A stretch of 63,792 nucleotides of DNA, counting the filler, from Octopus bimaculoides (Eukaryota): the NCBI RefSeq assembly GCF_001194135.2. It is 6 parts of 5 records of this genome, joined end to end, with 100 filler letters (N's around TTAATTAATTAA, not from the genome) between each part and the next. Parts side by side here need not be neighbours in the genome. Positions count along the whole stretch, not along the records: positions 43,388 to 54,921 come from NC_068986.1; positions 55,022 to 57,473 come from NW_026386445.1; positions 57,574 to 63,792 come from NC_068992.1; 3 more parts are not named here. One strand, 5' to 3'. Position numbers and translations under genes: made by a program. Shown here piece by piece: positions 52,186 to 63,792 of this stretch. The number at the start of each line of letters is the position of its first letter. The first letter of the stretch is position 1. The notes below the pieces were generated by a model, which was given only the letters and a program-made list of their open reading frames with translations, made no database searches and had not been told where the DNA came from.

Positions 52186-54921
52186 CACACACACCGTGTA
52201 CAGTGAAATCTGGAACTAATATTTACATATTTTTAATGGACACGTCTAGGCAGGTTCAGGCGCAAAATATACTGATTACTGTAGTGTACGTTGTTGTAAA
52301 AGCGAGAGGTTATTCTCCTGTGACACAGACTACAGAGATTGACTTATTTTGCATCTGAACTTTGCAAGACATTTCAAGAATGGATATGAAATTACCCGTT
52401 CCAGACCTTGCTATATACCGTGTAAATGACGATTTGATATATGATTAATGTTGTTCTCCGTAAATTCAACGTACACGAATGTGGTGGTTTTATATATACA
52501 TATATNNNNNNNNNNNNNNNNNNNNNNNNNNNNNNNNNNNNNNNNNNNNNNNNNNNNNNNNNNNNNNNNNNNNNNNNNNNNNNNNNNNNNNNNNNNNNNN
52601 NNNNNNNNNNNNNNNNNNNNNNNNNNNNNNNNNNNNNNNNNNNNNNNNNNNNNNNNTATATATATATATATATATATGTTACAACATTTATAAGGAGTTA
52701 TCTAATTTGGATAGATTATATTCAATCGAGATGGGAAACAATGCCCCGCTGGGGTGTCGCATTAACTGAAGGCAAAAGAGATTGTTCACCATTGCATGAC
52801 TTTATGAAGACCAACAGTGACGCTCTTACAAGTGATGAAATTAAAACTAATTTGCAGAAATGATACACCAACATCTAATGTCTACTCTTGGGCTTTTTAA
52901 ATAGTATTTAGAACAGTTACTTAAATTGTAATGGTTTGTAGTTTATTACTAAGCTAACTAAGAAATAACAGTAACTTATTGACTGCTAATAGAATTTCGT
53001 CAAAACGTTGTCTGTCAGTCATCAATCCCAAGGAGGAGATACTATAAATGATTGGCTTAAATTTAACTTAATCGATAATTCAATCAGTTCATCTGGGTTC
53101 CTGAAATTTACAGCTAATTGAATTGATAACTTGTTTGTAACCTACTGAGTAAATTATCAGCGCTTGGTTTGTTATCATGGATACTGTTATCATGGATAGT
53201 GTTCTTTCGTATTTGCAATATCTTTCATTGTAACTAATAAGTTAACTTAAACTTGCAGCTTTGGTTTTATATCTTTATTTTAACCAGATGAGGTGGATCT
53301 GGTTCTACTAAATGTTTATCTTTCCACCACATAATACTATAAAGGAAAATTTATCTGCCAGAGTAGATGTCCTTCAGTAGTTGTATGGAAGCGTACACTG
53401 AAGGACATCCTAGACGTTATTAAGTTCAATGCTGTATAAATCATTAACTGCAGTCACTGACTATATGCAACATTATGCCAAATCAAAGCACCAAATGTGT
53501 CCTCAAATAAAATTTTAATTGTTCGAACAATTAATTTAATGAACATCACTTTTAAAATATTCAGCGTTTGAATCAGAGATCAAACCGACTGAATAATTGT
53601 GTAGCTAATAATATCGATAAAAAATATTCTGCCTATAGAAATTAAGAATAATTGCCCCAAGAAGTAAAATCAACATATCTGAAATGAATGATATATTTCG
53701 AACAAGTTATAATCTTCTTTGTTAGAGCCAATGAGTGAGCTAAGAAAGTAAAAGTGGATTATCATTAAATGGTACGTATATATTAGTTTTTCATGTATTA
53801 GCACGGCTTTTATTGAATATATTGAAGGGCGTTTTACTTCAAGACACTAGGTGTTGTTAGATATTTCGACTAATGTTCCTCTTTCTTGTTCAACAAGATA
53901 TAAGTACTGAATAGATTTATGAAACTGAATTTCTATACAACAATATATGGTTGTTTAGGGAAAGCGATTATGATTGTTATTAGGTGGATTATATGTTTGA
54001 AAATAGTACTATATTTCAAATGATATCATTGGTTTTCATAATATTATGCTTTAAAGACGAGATGTACATCAATAACTGCTAATCAAAACTAAGTCAAATG
54101 TTTTATAAACAATCTGTATGAAGTAGGAATTATTCTCTTGTGAAGTATATAAAACCACATGGCATTTTTCCGTTCACTCTGCTGGATAATATTAGTAATA
54201 AATATGTAAATCATCGTTGAAGATTTCCCTCCACACAGTACAAATAACGATTTTGTTTTATCGGGTGGTAGATATAAGCACTGATCAGCAAACAATTTTG
54301 TTTTCTGAAATTAAGAAGAAAGCCACTAGCTTGTTTAGGCTCAAAGGTTAGATGAGACACAACATGTGTTTGAATATCTGGAACATATTAATAATCGCTT
54401 TAGCTCTCTCCGTATACAGGGCAAATAACGATTTTTAAAATCCTTGCAAAATGTCTAAAAAATATTTCTGCTATGTTGATTATATCTTAAACTTAGAACA
54501 GTTTTATTTACTTATGTAGTCTTTAAAGTTGATCTATACATCAGAAATTATAAAAAACAAAGAAGTTATGAGAACATATACACATACATATATGGACGAA
54601 CGCATGCATGTATTTATGTGTGTGCGTGTGTGTGAAAAGATTCGTCATGTAATTTGGATAAGCGTGGAATATCTAACAAATGTTCTCTGATACAGTCAAT
54701 TTTGTTTGTAAACGAACTGCTTGGAAACCTCTCCTGAAATACAAACAGTAGGATAAAAAATAAATATCTAATTTAAATACAGCGGAGGAAATTATGTTAC
54801 AATGTAATAATGAAGTTTGCGTCTTAAAGTTGAGATACAAGTAGCTATCAGGTATTAGATTTTTTATATCAACGCAAGATAAAATACATACACAGACTTA
54901 TATATATATATATATATATAT

Positions 54922-55021
54922 NNNNNNNNNNNNNNNNNNNNNNNNNNNNNNNNNNNNNNNNNNNNTTAATTAATTAANNNNNNNNNNNNNNNNNNNNNNN
55001 NNNNNNNNNNNNNNNNNNNNN
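54922..55021. other. Artificial scaffold spacer 44N-TTAATTAATTAA-44N
   Basis: Direct reading. Confidence 0.95.
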
Positions 55022-56595
55022 ATAATATAAGACTTCGATTTGATTAGGGTTGAAATATTTTCGATTATTTTGATTAATAATATTTGATGAATAATTAGTC
55101 TTTATTGTTTATAATATCGTTAAAGGTTTTTTTAATTAAAACTTAGGCTATATAAAGTTTAATCTTTCATTCATAATTCTTTCATTCATGATTTTTTCAT
55201 TCATGTTTTTATTTTTATTTTTACGTTTGTAGAAATAAGTATTCTTGTATTTTTCTATTATTCAATTGATTTTTAATGATAATTAAATAAACGTTTTTAG
55301 TCTTAAATAGTCTAGCTTTAACAATTACACCGGTTAAATATGTGCTAATATTATCTTTATTATTATTTTAACCTTAAACTTCGTTCAAATTGTATTTAAA
55401 ACGATAATAATTTAAGTTGGTTTTTGTATATAATATACATGTTTGTATATATTATAATGGATGTAGGGATGATTGTGGAATGTTTATATAAATTCATTTG
55501 GTACTTGTCGTTGGTTGATATATACTTTTATTTGTTATTATTATTGTTGTGTTTTGACCTGACGATTAGCTGTATTTTTGAATAAAATTTATTTTCGATA
55601 ATTTTAATTGATTTTAATTGATTTAAATTTCCTTTCTATTTGAAAATTAGTTATGAAACACGTGTAGTCATTTTATTATCTTTATCTTATGATATTTACT
55701 TTGTATTATATTGTACTCATTTATTGTGCTTTTAATTATTAATTTTTCTATATGTGACAGTGGATTTTCACCGATGAGTTCATGAACTTTGGTTCTTTTC
55801 CCTAAAACTATATATATATATATATNNNNNNNNNNNNNNNNNNNNNNNNNNNNNNNNNNNNNNNNNNNNNNNNNNNNNNNNNNNNNNNNNNNNNNNNNNN
55901 NNNNNNNNNNNNNNNNNNNNNNNNNNNNNNNNNNNNNNNNNNNNNNNNNNNNNNNNNNNNNNNNNNNNNNNNNNNNNNNNNNNNNNNNNNNNNNNNNNNN
56001 NNNNNNNNNNNNNNNNNNNNNNNNNNNNNNNNNNNNNNNNNNNNNNNNNNNNNNNNNNNNNNNNNNNNNNNNNNNNNNNNNNNNNNNNNNNNNNNNNNNN
56101 NNNNNNNNNNNNNNNNNNNNNNNNNNNNNNNNNNNNNNNNNNNNNNNNNNNNNNNNNNNNNNNNNNNNNNNNNNNNNNNNNNNNNNNNNNNNNNNNNNNN
56201 NNNNNNNNNNNNNNNNNNNNNNNNNNNNNNNNNNNNNNNNNNNNNNNNNNNNNNNNNNNNNNNNNNNNNNNNNNNNNNNNNNNNNNNNNNNNNNNNNNNN
56301 NNNNNNNNNNNNNNNNNNNNNNNNNNNNNNNNNNNNNNNNNNNNNNNNNNNNNNNNNNNNNNNNNNNNNNNNNNNNNNNNNNNNNNNNNNNNNNNNNNNN
56401 NNNNNNNNNNNNNNNNNNNNNNNNNNNNNNNNNNNNNNNNNNNNNNNNNNNNNNNNNNNNNNNNNNNNNNNNNNNNNNNNNNNNNNNNNNNNNNNNNNNN
56501 NNNNNNNNNNNNNNNNNNNNNNNNNNNNNNNNNNNNNNNNNNNNNNNNNNNNNNNNNNNNNNNNNNNNNNNNNNNNNNNNNNNNNNNNNNNNNNG

Positions 56596-57473
56596 ATACC
56601 TTGTTCTCTGGACCGGAAGATTCTTAAGATCCAGGAGCTCATCCTACGAGCTATATCGACGTTATTGCTGATGTGGGCACTCCTACTGACACTGTTATCA
56701 ATAATTACACCCAGGTCTCCGATATTATTAGATGCCGTGAGCGGTTCCCCTGAAGGAAGAGTGTATGGCTGTTTTAGTATAGACTTTCTTCCAAAATGCA
56801 TCAGCTCAAATTTTCCCTCGTTCAGTTGCATTTTATTTTTATCTGCCAATTGACTCAGCATATAGATCAGACTGGAGATAAGTTTGGTCTTCTTCTTCAT
56901 TGATGATTTTCTGGAGCTTAGTGTCATCAGCAAATATTTTCACTTTGCAGTGATTTACAACGCTGGAAAGGTCATTTATGTAAATTATAAAGAGGAGCGG
57001 GCCGAAGACAGTTCCCTGAGGGACACCACCGGTGACTTTTGCTGGGCTTGAATGGACTCCATCGACCACAACTTCTTGTGTTTCTATTCGCCAGGAAATA
57101 CGCAATCCAGTGTAGAAGTTTTCCACGGATTCCAACATTTGCCAACTTTGAAAGTAAGATATCGTCAACCCTGTCGAACGCGTTACTAAAGTCAAGATAT
57201 ATGACATCAGAGTTCGAACCTGTTCCCAAGACTTTAAGTATATCTTCAATGTGGTGTAAGAGCTGTGTTAGACAGTCCCTGCCACAGCGAAAGCCATGCT
57301 GATTTGCATTTAGTAGTTTGTGGGTCTCCAGGAAGTCAGCTATCCTTGATCTTACCACTCTTTCAAAAACTTTAATGATGTGAGAGGTGAGTGAGATTGG
57401 GTGATAGTTGACTGCGAGGGATGTGTTTCCCTGTTTGAAAACCGGGATGACAGACTGGGATAGGAGCTGTTTC
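56596..57473 (-). mobile_element. CR1/L2-type LINE reverse transcriptase fragment, frameshifted
   Basis: NYHPISLTSHIIKVFER..NQHGFR..VIYLDFSNAFDRV..GVPQGTVFGPLLFIIYINDL..KIFADDTKL..DLGVIID; cut by gaps on both sides. Confidence 0.92.
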
Positions 57474-57573
57474 NNNNNNNNNNNNNNNNNNNNNNNNNNN
57501 NNNNNNNNNNNNNNNNNTTAATTAATTAANNNNNNNNNNNNNNNNNNNNNNNNNNNNNNNNNNNNNNNNNNNN
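57474..57573. other. Artificial scaffold spacer 44N-TTAATTAATTAA-44N
   Basis: Direct reading. Confidence 0.95.
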
Positions 57574-58589
57574 GAGTGGGAGAGCAGCGGAGGGGGAGAG
57601 CAGCGTCAGTTATATATACAAAGTTCCTAAGATCGGCGATAAGAGATATCATACGAAGGTTTCCGCTTACCAAAGTTTGAGCTTAACGTTGTTCACCAGA
57701 ATGTATATTTCGCACGAGCTGCTCTGTGAATATATGGGCATATACATCACTTCAGTTTAGAATTACCGTTCATTTTCCCTTTTGATTAAAGTTTACCCCC
57801 TCTTGCTCTACAGCACGGTATAAATTTGTGAAGTATCTAAAAGAAAATAATCCAGAAATTTTATTCCTTTCTTAATGACTTCACTCTTTAGAATGTGAAG
57901 TGGCTGAGTGTATCCGAGCCAATATCTTACCAATATCAGACTGTCAGCGAGAACTCTCCACATGTTCTCAGAGACAAAAATGCAGTACCAGGTCAGTGAT
58001 AGTAAACGAATTCAGAACGTCCAGATACTGATATTATGATTATATATCTCATATTTTCTCCTCTGGCATCATTATAACTAGACTTTGATATGTTCAAAGT
58101 TCATATATGAATTATAATGGAGTGAAATCAATGCCTTATTGCCCGGAATGAAATACCAATAGATATACAAATACTAGATTATTATCAAGAAATATCACTA
58201 ATGTATTTGGCGTCTGGGTATATAAAGTAAATATTTGCAATTTCAGAACTACAACAAAATTATATATTAATAATAAACCATTTTAATCGGATTTCTATGA
58301 GTTCAGTCAATAATATGAAACCATGAGTCAGAGATGTCACCTTTAGTTCTATATAAGAATAAATTTATACCGATTTATTACATTGGAGCAAGTCTAAAAA
58401 TTTAAATTTTATAGATTCTTGGAGAATGGAAGCCAAAGTCTCCAAACCATGCCGAGATTGAAATTAGATCATAAACAAATGAATCTAACTCAGTAAAGGG
58501 AGCTGATAAAGGTACCAAGTATAAAAGTAAGTGAGAAGGTTGAAATAACGACGGTGTCCCATATCAGCATAAAATTAGGCCTAGGATTT

Positions 58590-58648
58590 ATGATGCAGTG
58601 TTGGCACTCCGTCGCTTACGACGTCGTGGGTTCCAGTTGATCCGATCA

Positions 58649-58707
<59 letters not shown>

Positions 58708-58790
58708 TAGATATAGATATTGGAAGGGCATCCAGTTGTAAATACCATGCCAAAACAGACACAGATGTCTGGTGCAGGCTCCTGTCTGGT
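58590..58790. mobile_element. Patchwork: SINE tail X fragment, (GATA)n, RTE 3' UTR fragment
   Basis: ggcactccgtcgcttacgacg..ttgatccgatcaa is similar to 20026-20065. ggaagggcatccagttgta..ctggtgcaggctcc is similar to the reverse complement of 10870-10925. Confidence 0.65.
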
Positions 58791-58799
58791 CGTCTCCTT

Positions 58800-59510
58800 T
58801 CAAACCATCCAAGTAGGCTTTTTGTGGAAATGTCGCTTTCTAATATATTCACTACATAGAATCGTTGAGATTTTCGCGGATGCATAGTACAGGTGGTTGA
58901 GATCTGTGATATCAACATCATTAGCTAAAATTATAACCTTAAGTGCAAGGCGGATTTTACCAATTACTTTCAGGTTTTGGTTAGAATTGCGAATTTTTGG
59001 GAGAGTGTTGCGTTCATTGATATTGGTTTCTTTAATTTTCAGCCATTCAATCATGGTTTGATTTTTTTTAGATCATGTAGTTCCGTTGGGTCAATTTCTG
59101 TGTGACTTTCTTCATCTATTTCATTTTCATCTGTCTTAGTGTTTATGGTTGTTCAGACAGTATTTCACTTTGCTTATCAGTAACATTAACTCTTTCTGCC
59201 ATTACTGTATTTTCATCAGACCTGGGCTGGTCTATAATTATTTCCTTCAGCTGCAACTTCGTTCCTTTTATCCCTTACTGATTGTTTAATTTGGTCAATC
59301 TTTAATTCATTTAGTAACCTCTTTTTCATAATGTTTCTTCTGGCGTTGACAAGTTTATTAGTGTCTATGTAGGGTCTTACTTGAAGGCTTTTCTTCTCCA
59401 GGTTTAGTAGGTTTGTACAGAATTAGATTTATTTGTAAGGAAATATATGGCATGATGGAAGGTCTTAAAAACTTCTTTATTATCTCTCCTTGTGAGTGTC
59501 GACGGTGGTT
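58800..59510 (-). mobile_element. R4/Dong-like LINE ORF N-terminal remnant
   Basis: Minus ..LPKIRNS..ITDLNHLYYASA..KKPTW, with an upstream segment resembling the R4 N-terminus (..TNKLVNARRNIMK..); recognised from memory and heavily degenerate. Confidence 0.55.
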
Positions 59511-59998
59511 ACGTAGCACAAAGGAATTGTAATTACGTTGATTGTAATTGAAGTGGATTCTTTTTATATTATCATTTCTTCATTAGCTTAATGTTCGAAA
59601 ACCTAAAAGTCTAGATCTTTCGCAAAACAACTTTTTATATACCATTCATCTTTATCTTTGCTACACAGTTTCTTGAAAATGTCACGCGGTATTACGATTA
59701 TTTAATATTTCTTCTTCGTTTCACACTTTTTCTCTTCATGTCGTTTTAATTTTTTAAAGTTTTACTTCATTCAGATGTATATTTGTTTATCCATTCCGGT
59801 ATGTTTTAAAATATTTCAGGTTTTGTTCTTCAAGTAAAACTTTTCCAGAGTATAATAAATCTCTTTGTACTTAGCACTTCAATCTATCTTTCTTTTATAG
59901 TAACCATTCTTTTGAGGTTTTAAAATGTATTTTCTTTTTTACACCCTAAAAATTGGAATTTAACGTATTGTGCCTTATTGAAAATTAATGCCTGCCTT

Positions 59999-60136
<138 letters not shown>

Positions 60137-60650
60137 GTATGTACATATATGTATGTATGTATATATGCTTATATATATATATATATATATAATTTATATT
60201 ATTATATGACTGAACGCCACGCATCCATTTCCAGGTAAGTTTTATCTTAATAATTTCGAGGTGACGCTTATTGTTCTATTTATATCGCTTTCTATTTCTC
60301 TTTCTGTTTCCCTCCCCTTCGTTTCCTCTCTCTTCCTTTCTCTAATTCCTTTTATCTCCCCTTCTCCCTTTTCGTTTTTTTTTCTCTCTCATCCTTTCTC
60401 TAATTCTGTTCCTCTCCTCTTCACCGTTCTCCGTCTGGTCCTCTCTCCCTCACTCTTCCTCTCGTTGCTCGCATGTGACCATCGGCCATCTTTCTTTTCC
60501 CTAACTTGAATTTCTTTCTTTCCTTCCGATCAGCCGCAGGGATCAGGCACATTCTTGTTTGTCTCCTGTCAGAGCTTGTTCCTCCATATGGAAGGTTTCT
60601 AATGCCATTCTTTTCCAACAAATCTTGGGGGAGCTGAAACCGGTTCAATT

Positions 60651-60687
<37 letters not shown>

Positions 60688-60968
60688 NNNNNNNNNNNNN
60701 NNNNNNNNNNNNNNNNNNNNNNNNNNNNNNNNNNNNNNNNNNNNNNNNNNNNNNNNNNNNNNNNNNNNNNNNNNNNNNNNNNNNNNNNNNNNNNNNNNNN
60801 NNNNNNNNNNNNNNNNNNNNNNNNNNNNNNNNNNNNNNNNNNNNNNNNNNNNNNNNNNNNNNNNNNNNNNNNNNNNNNNNNNNNNNNNNNNNNNNNNNNN
60901 NNNNNNNNNNNNNNNNNNNNNNNNNNNNNNNNNNNNNNNNNNNNNNNNNNNNNNNNNNNNNNNNNNNN

Positions 60969-61018
<50 letters not shown>

Positions 61019-61569
61019 GGGTGCATGCGTGACTGTGTGGTAAGAGGTGGCATCTCGGGCATGTGTCTTATACTATACTGCGTGCTGACAAAGCCTCGTG
61101 AGTCGTTACGGTAGACACAGAAATTGATATAACTGTAATATCCATAAACGAATTGTAAATCTAACCATGAAAAAATCGAAATTTGATACCTTCTTAAATT
61201 GTTCAGGTTTGTTGCAGACAACAGAAGACAATATTGAAAATTACTGCTAGATTTTGAAATATTAGTAGAGGGAAATAAAGTTATGTTATAAGAAAAAAAA
61301 CAATGAAAGATTGGTGACTTGCTCAAAAAGAGCAATTTACTATTCGCGTAGTTGACTGCTATAGAAGGGGAGAGGATCGCTTCAGGCGTTTAGCTTGTTG
61401 AGGAATTTATATCTATATGAAATTAAACAGTGACGAGCATTCATATATTTCTATATAAACTTTTTACATTAAATTGTGAAGAGCATATTGAATGTTTAAT
61501 AAGATAATCAGCTTCCTGTAAATAAAGAAAGAATACTAATAAATAAAATTCATAAAAAAACATGTTTTT

Positions 61570-61813
61570 ATCTCTTATCTTTTTATTTACTTCAGTCATT
61601 AGATTACGGTCATACTGGGGTGCCCTCTTGGGGCATTTTTAGTTGGATAAATCAACCCCAGTACTTTATTCTATCGGCGTCTTTTGCCGAACCACTAAGT
61701 TATGAGGACCCAAACACACCAAAACCGGGTGTCAAATGGTGGTTGTGGACAAACAGACACAAAGAAAAAGACACACATACGCACACACATACACACACAC
61801 ACATGCACATATG

Positions 61814-61867
<54 letters not shown>

Positions 61868-61897
61868 CGACGGGCTTCTTTCAGTTTTCATCTACCA
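61570..61897 (-). mobile_element. SINE family 1, 5'-truncated
   Basis: Reverse complement matches 5455-5900. Confidence 0.75.
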
Positions 61898-62299
61898 CGG
61901 TCCCATGCAAATTTTATAAGAAACCGGCATTATGGCAACGCAAAAACATTTTTCTCGTATAGAAATTATTATTGAACATAGAATGTTATACTCCTGGAAT
62001 TATTAAATCTTGAGTGAACCAACTATAGAAATTAAATCACTTTTATAACATGCTGAAACGGTAGAAACCAGAGAAAACCTGCAATCAAATAACTTTAATA
62101 CATACAACCAGTCCCACGTTATACTGTATAAGATCTGGATTCACCAAAGACTTGGAAATTTTGCGCTCATATGTCGCCACATGTAGATACAAAATATTTA
62201 TGGTTTTACAAGCCAGGCTATAAATAATCAGTGTATGGATGTTTCAAACTCTTGAATATCCTACTTAAAATTGGCCGATAGCAAAGTAGAGTTCCTCAA

Positions 62300-62385
62300 G
62301 ATACATTCCAGCAAACTAATCCACCTGCTTGTTGTTCATACACCTGTCTTCGTCTTTTGTTTTTCTGTAAATTTCAACTATATAT
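62300..62385 (+). mobile_element. Penelope-type terminal fragment (same family as 23030 and 47298), hammerhead part lost
   Basis: cacctgtcttcgtcttttgttttctgtaaatttcaac-(TA)n. Confidence 0.55.
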
Positions 62386-63274
62386 ATATATATATATATA
62401 TNNNNNNNNNNNNNNNNNNNNNNNNNNNNNNNNNNNNNNNNNNNNNNNNNNNNNNNNNNNNNNNNNNNNNNNNNNNNNNNNNNNNNNNNNNNNNNNNNNN
62501 NNNNNNNNNNNNNNTATATACATAAAAATATAAAGAGGGTGTGAGAAGGAAAGATACTTAGACTGACAAGTGATTCTAACGAAATCTAACATTCTGCAGG
62601 TAAAATAAATACTTCATAGACTGGAACGGGTGCTAGCCGGTCCAATCCGATGTGTTGTATAATGAGATTAAATACAAAAGCGCTCGCTGTAAAACACATT
62701 GCTAAACACACAACCATATACCTCTTGTCTGCAACTGATTTTGAAATAAAGAGTTCTCGGTTTTTATTTCAGAATAACTACCTATTCTGAAACGAAATAT
62801 GAGACAATATACATTTGCTACATGAAATTTATCCTGAATCCAGTTGGGTATGGAGAATTGTTCAGCTCAATTTCATTTGATTGTAAAGTAAGTCCAAATA
62901 GGAAGATTTGTGGATATCGGTTTTACTCAAGTTGATTCTAAATCTGAATGAAAAATGCTCAAGATATATTTTTCTCCCTTCTCATACATCCAATTGTCTT
63001 AAATCATCTTATTCAGGTCAATTTCATTCTAATATGGAGGTAAAAATGGTAACACTATATAGATATATGTATGTTCACGTTTTTTACACCTTACTAGTTA
63101 TTGATCAACGTATAGTTGTAGAAGATTTAACCCTCTGTCTGCTTCAACGTAATTGCTCTTCGTTATATATAATACATACATACATACATATATATATATG
63201 TGTGTGAATGTATATTATGTATATATGCGTAAGTGTGTGAGTATATATCTGTATGCGTGTACGTATGAAGAAGA

Positions 63275-63310
<36 letters not shown>

Positions 63311-63792
63311 TCGTACTTAGAGCATTACTGTGAATTACTGAGGTGAGTAGTCACTATTTTCTGATTTATTTGACAATTTCTATGACTGTCTTCTTATCGA
63401 ACATATTTAGACATTAGGCAATTGGAGTAATTCCTTCCAACACTCAAAAAAACCTTATCCGTCAAATCATATATCACACAGAGCATCAATCAGTTTACGA
63501 TATCCGATTCCTGGTAATGAGATTTTGGTTCAATACTTATATACATACATACCTACATATAGGTAGATAGACAGATAGATATTCATATAAATATATATGT
63601 ATATAAATGCATTTACATGCGTGAGTATGGATATGTAAATATATTTGTGTGAATGTGTGTGTTTGTGTTTGTGCATACATATCCATACTCATACACACGT
63701 ATTTATATATACATCAAATATATAAAGAGGAGATAAACATTTACATGTGCATATAGATATATAAACATAAATGTATATATATATATATATAT

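Noticed and set aside
55668-56933. 421-aa ORF
   Set aside because: It spans a ~790-N gap; only the LINE RT tail part is real.
59190-59230. CUGAUGA...GAAA on the minus strand
   Set aside because: No stems I-III, and it lies within the degenerate R4 ORF; coincidental.

Overview
Eukaryotic, AT-rich, microsatellite-saturated draft-assembly sequence with many N gaps. The interspersed repeat families match those I recall from octopus genomes, so an octopod cephalopod is the likely source (inference). I can support no host protein-coding exon, rRNA, tRNA gene, CRISPR array or prokaryotic system; the window looks intronic or intergenic. Most long ORFs in the track are microsatellite or N-run artefacts. 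The recognisable content is decayed mobile DNA: R4/Dong, L1/Tx1, RTE and CR1/L2-type LINE fragments, a Penelope-like GIY-YIG fragment, three mariner remnants, one maT/DD37D-like remnant, several tRNA-derived SINE families, MITEs and Helitron/Helentron-like pieces. The main unexplained structure is a set of hammerhead-ribozyme motifs of the minimal, palindromic-loop-III type known from Penelope-like elements. One is fully canonical (14808-14895, minus). Two copies of another family share a U at the normally invariant core position 6 (47389-47425, 23037-23074), and there are several decayed remnants. There are also several fold-back structures built from retroelement ends and an RTE split into two opposite-facing pieces around a palindromic ~346-bp repeat block. 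Five 44N-TTAATTAATTAA-44N spacers are artificial joins.
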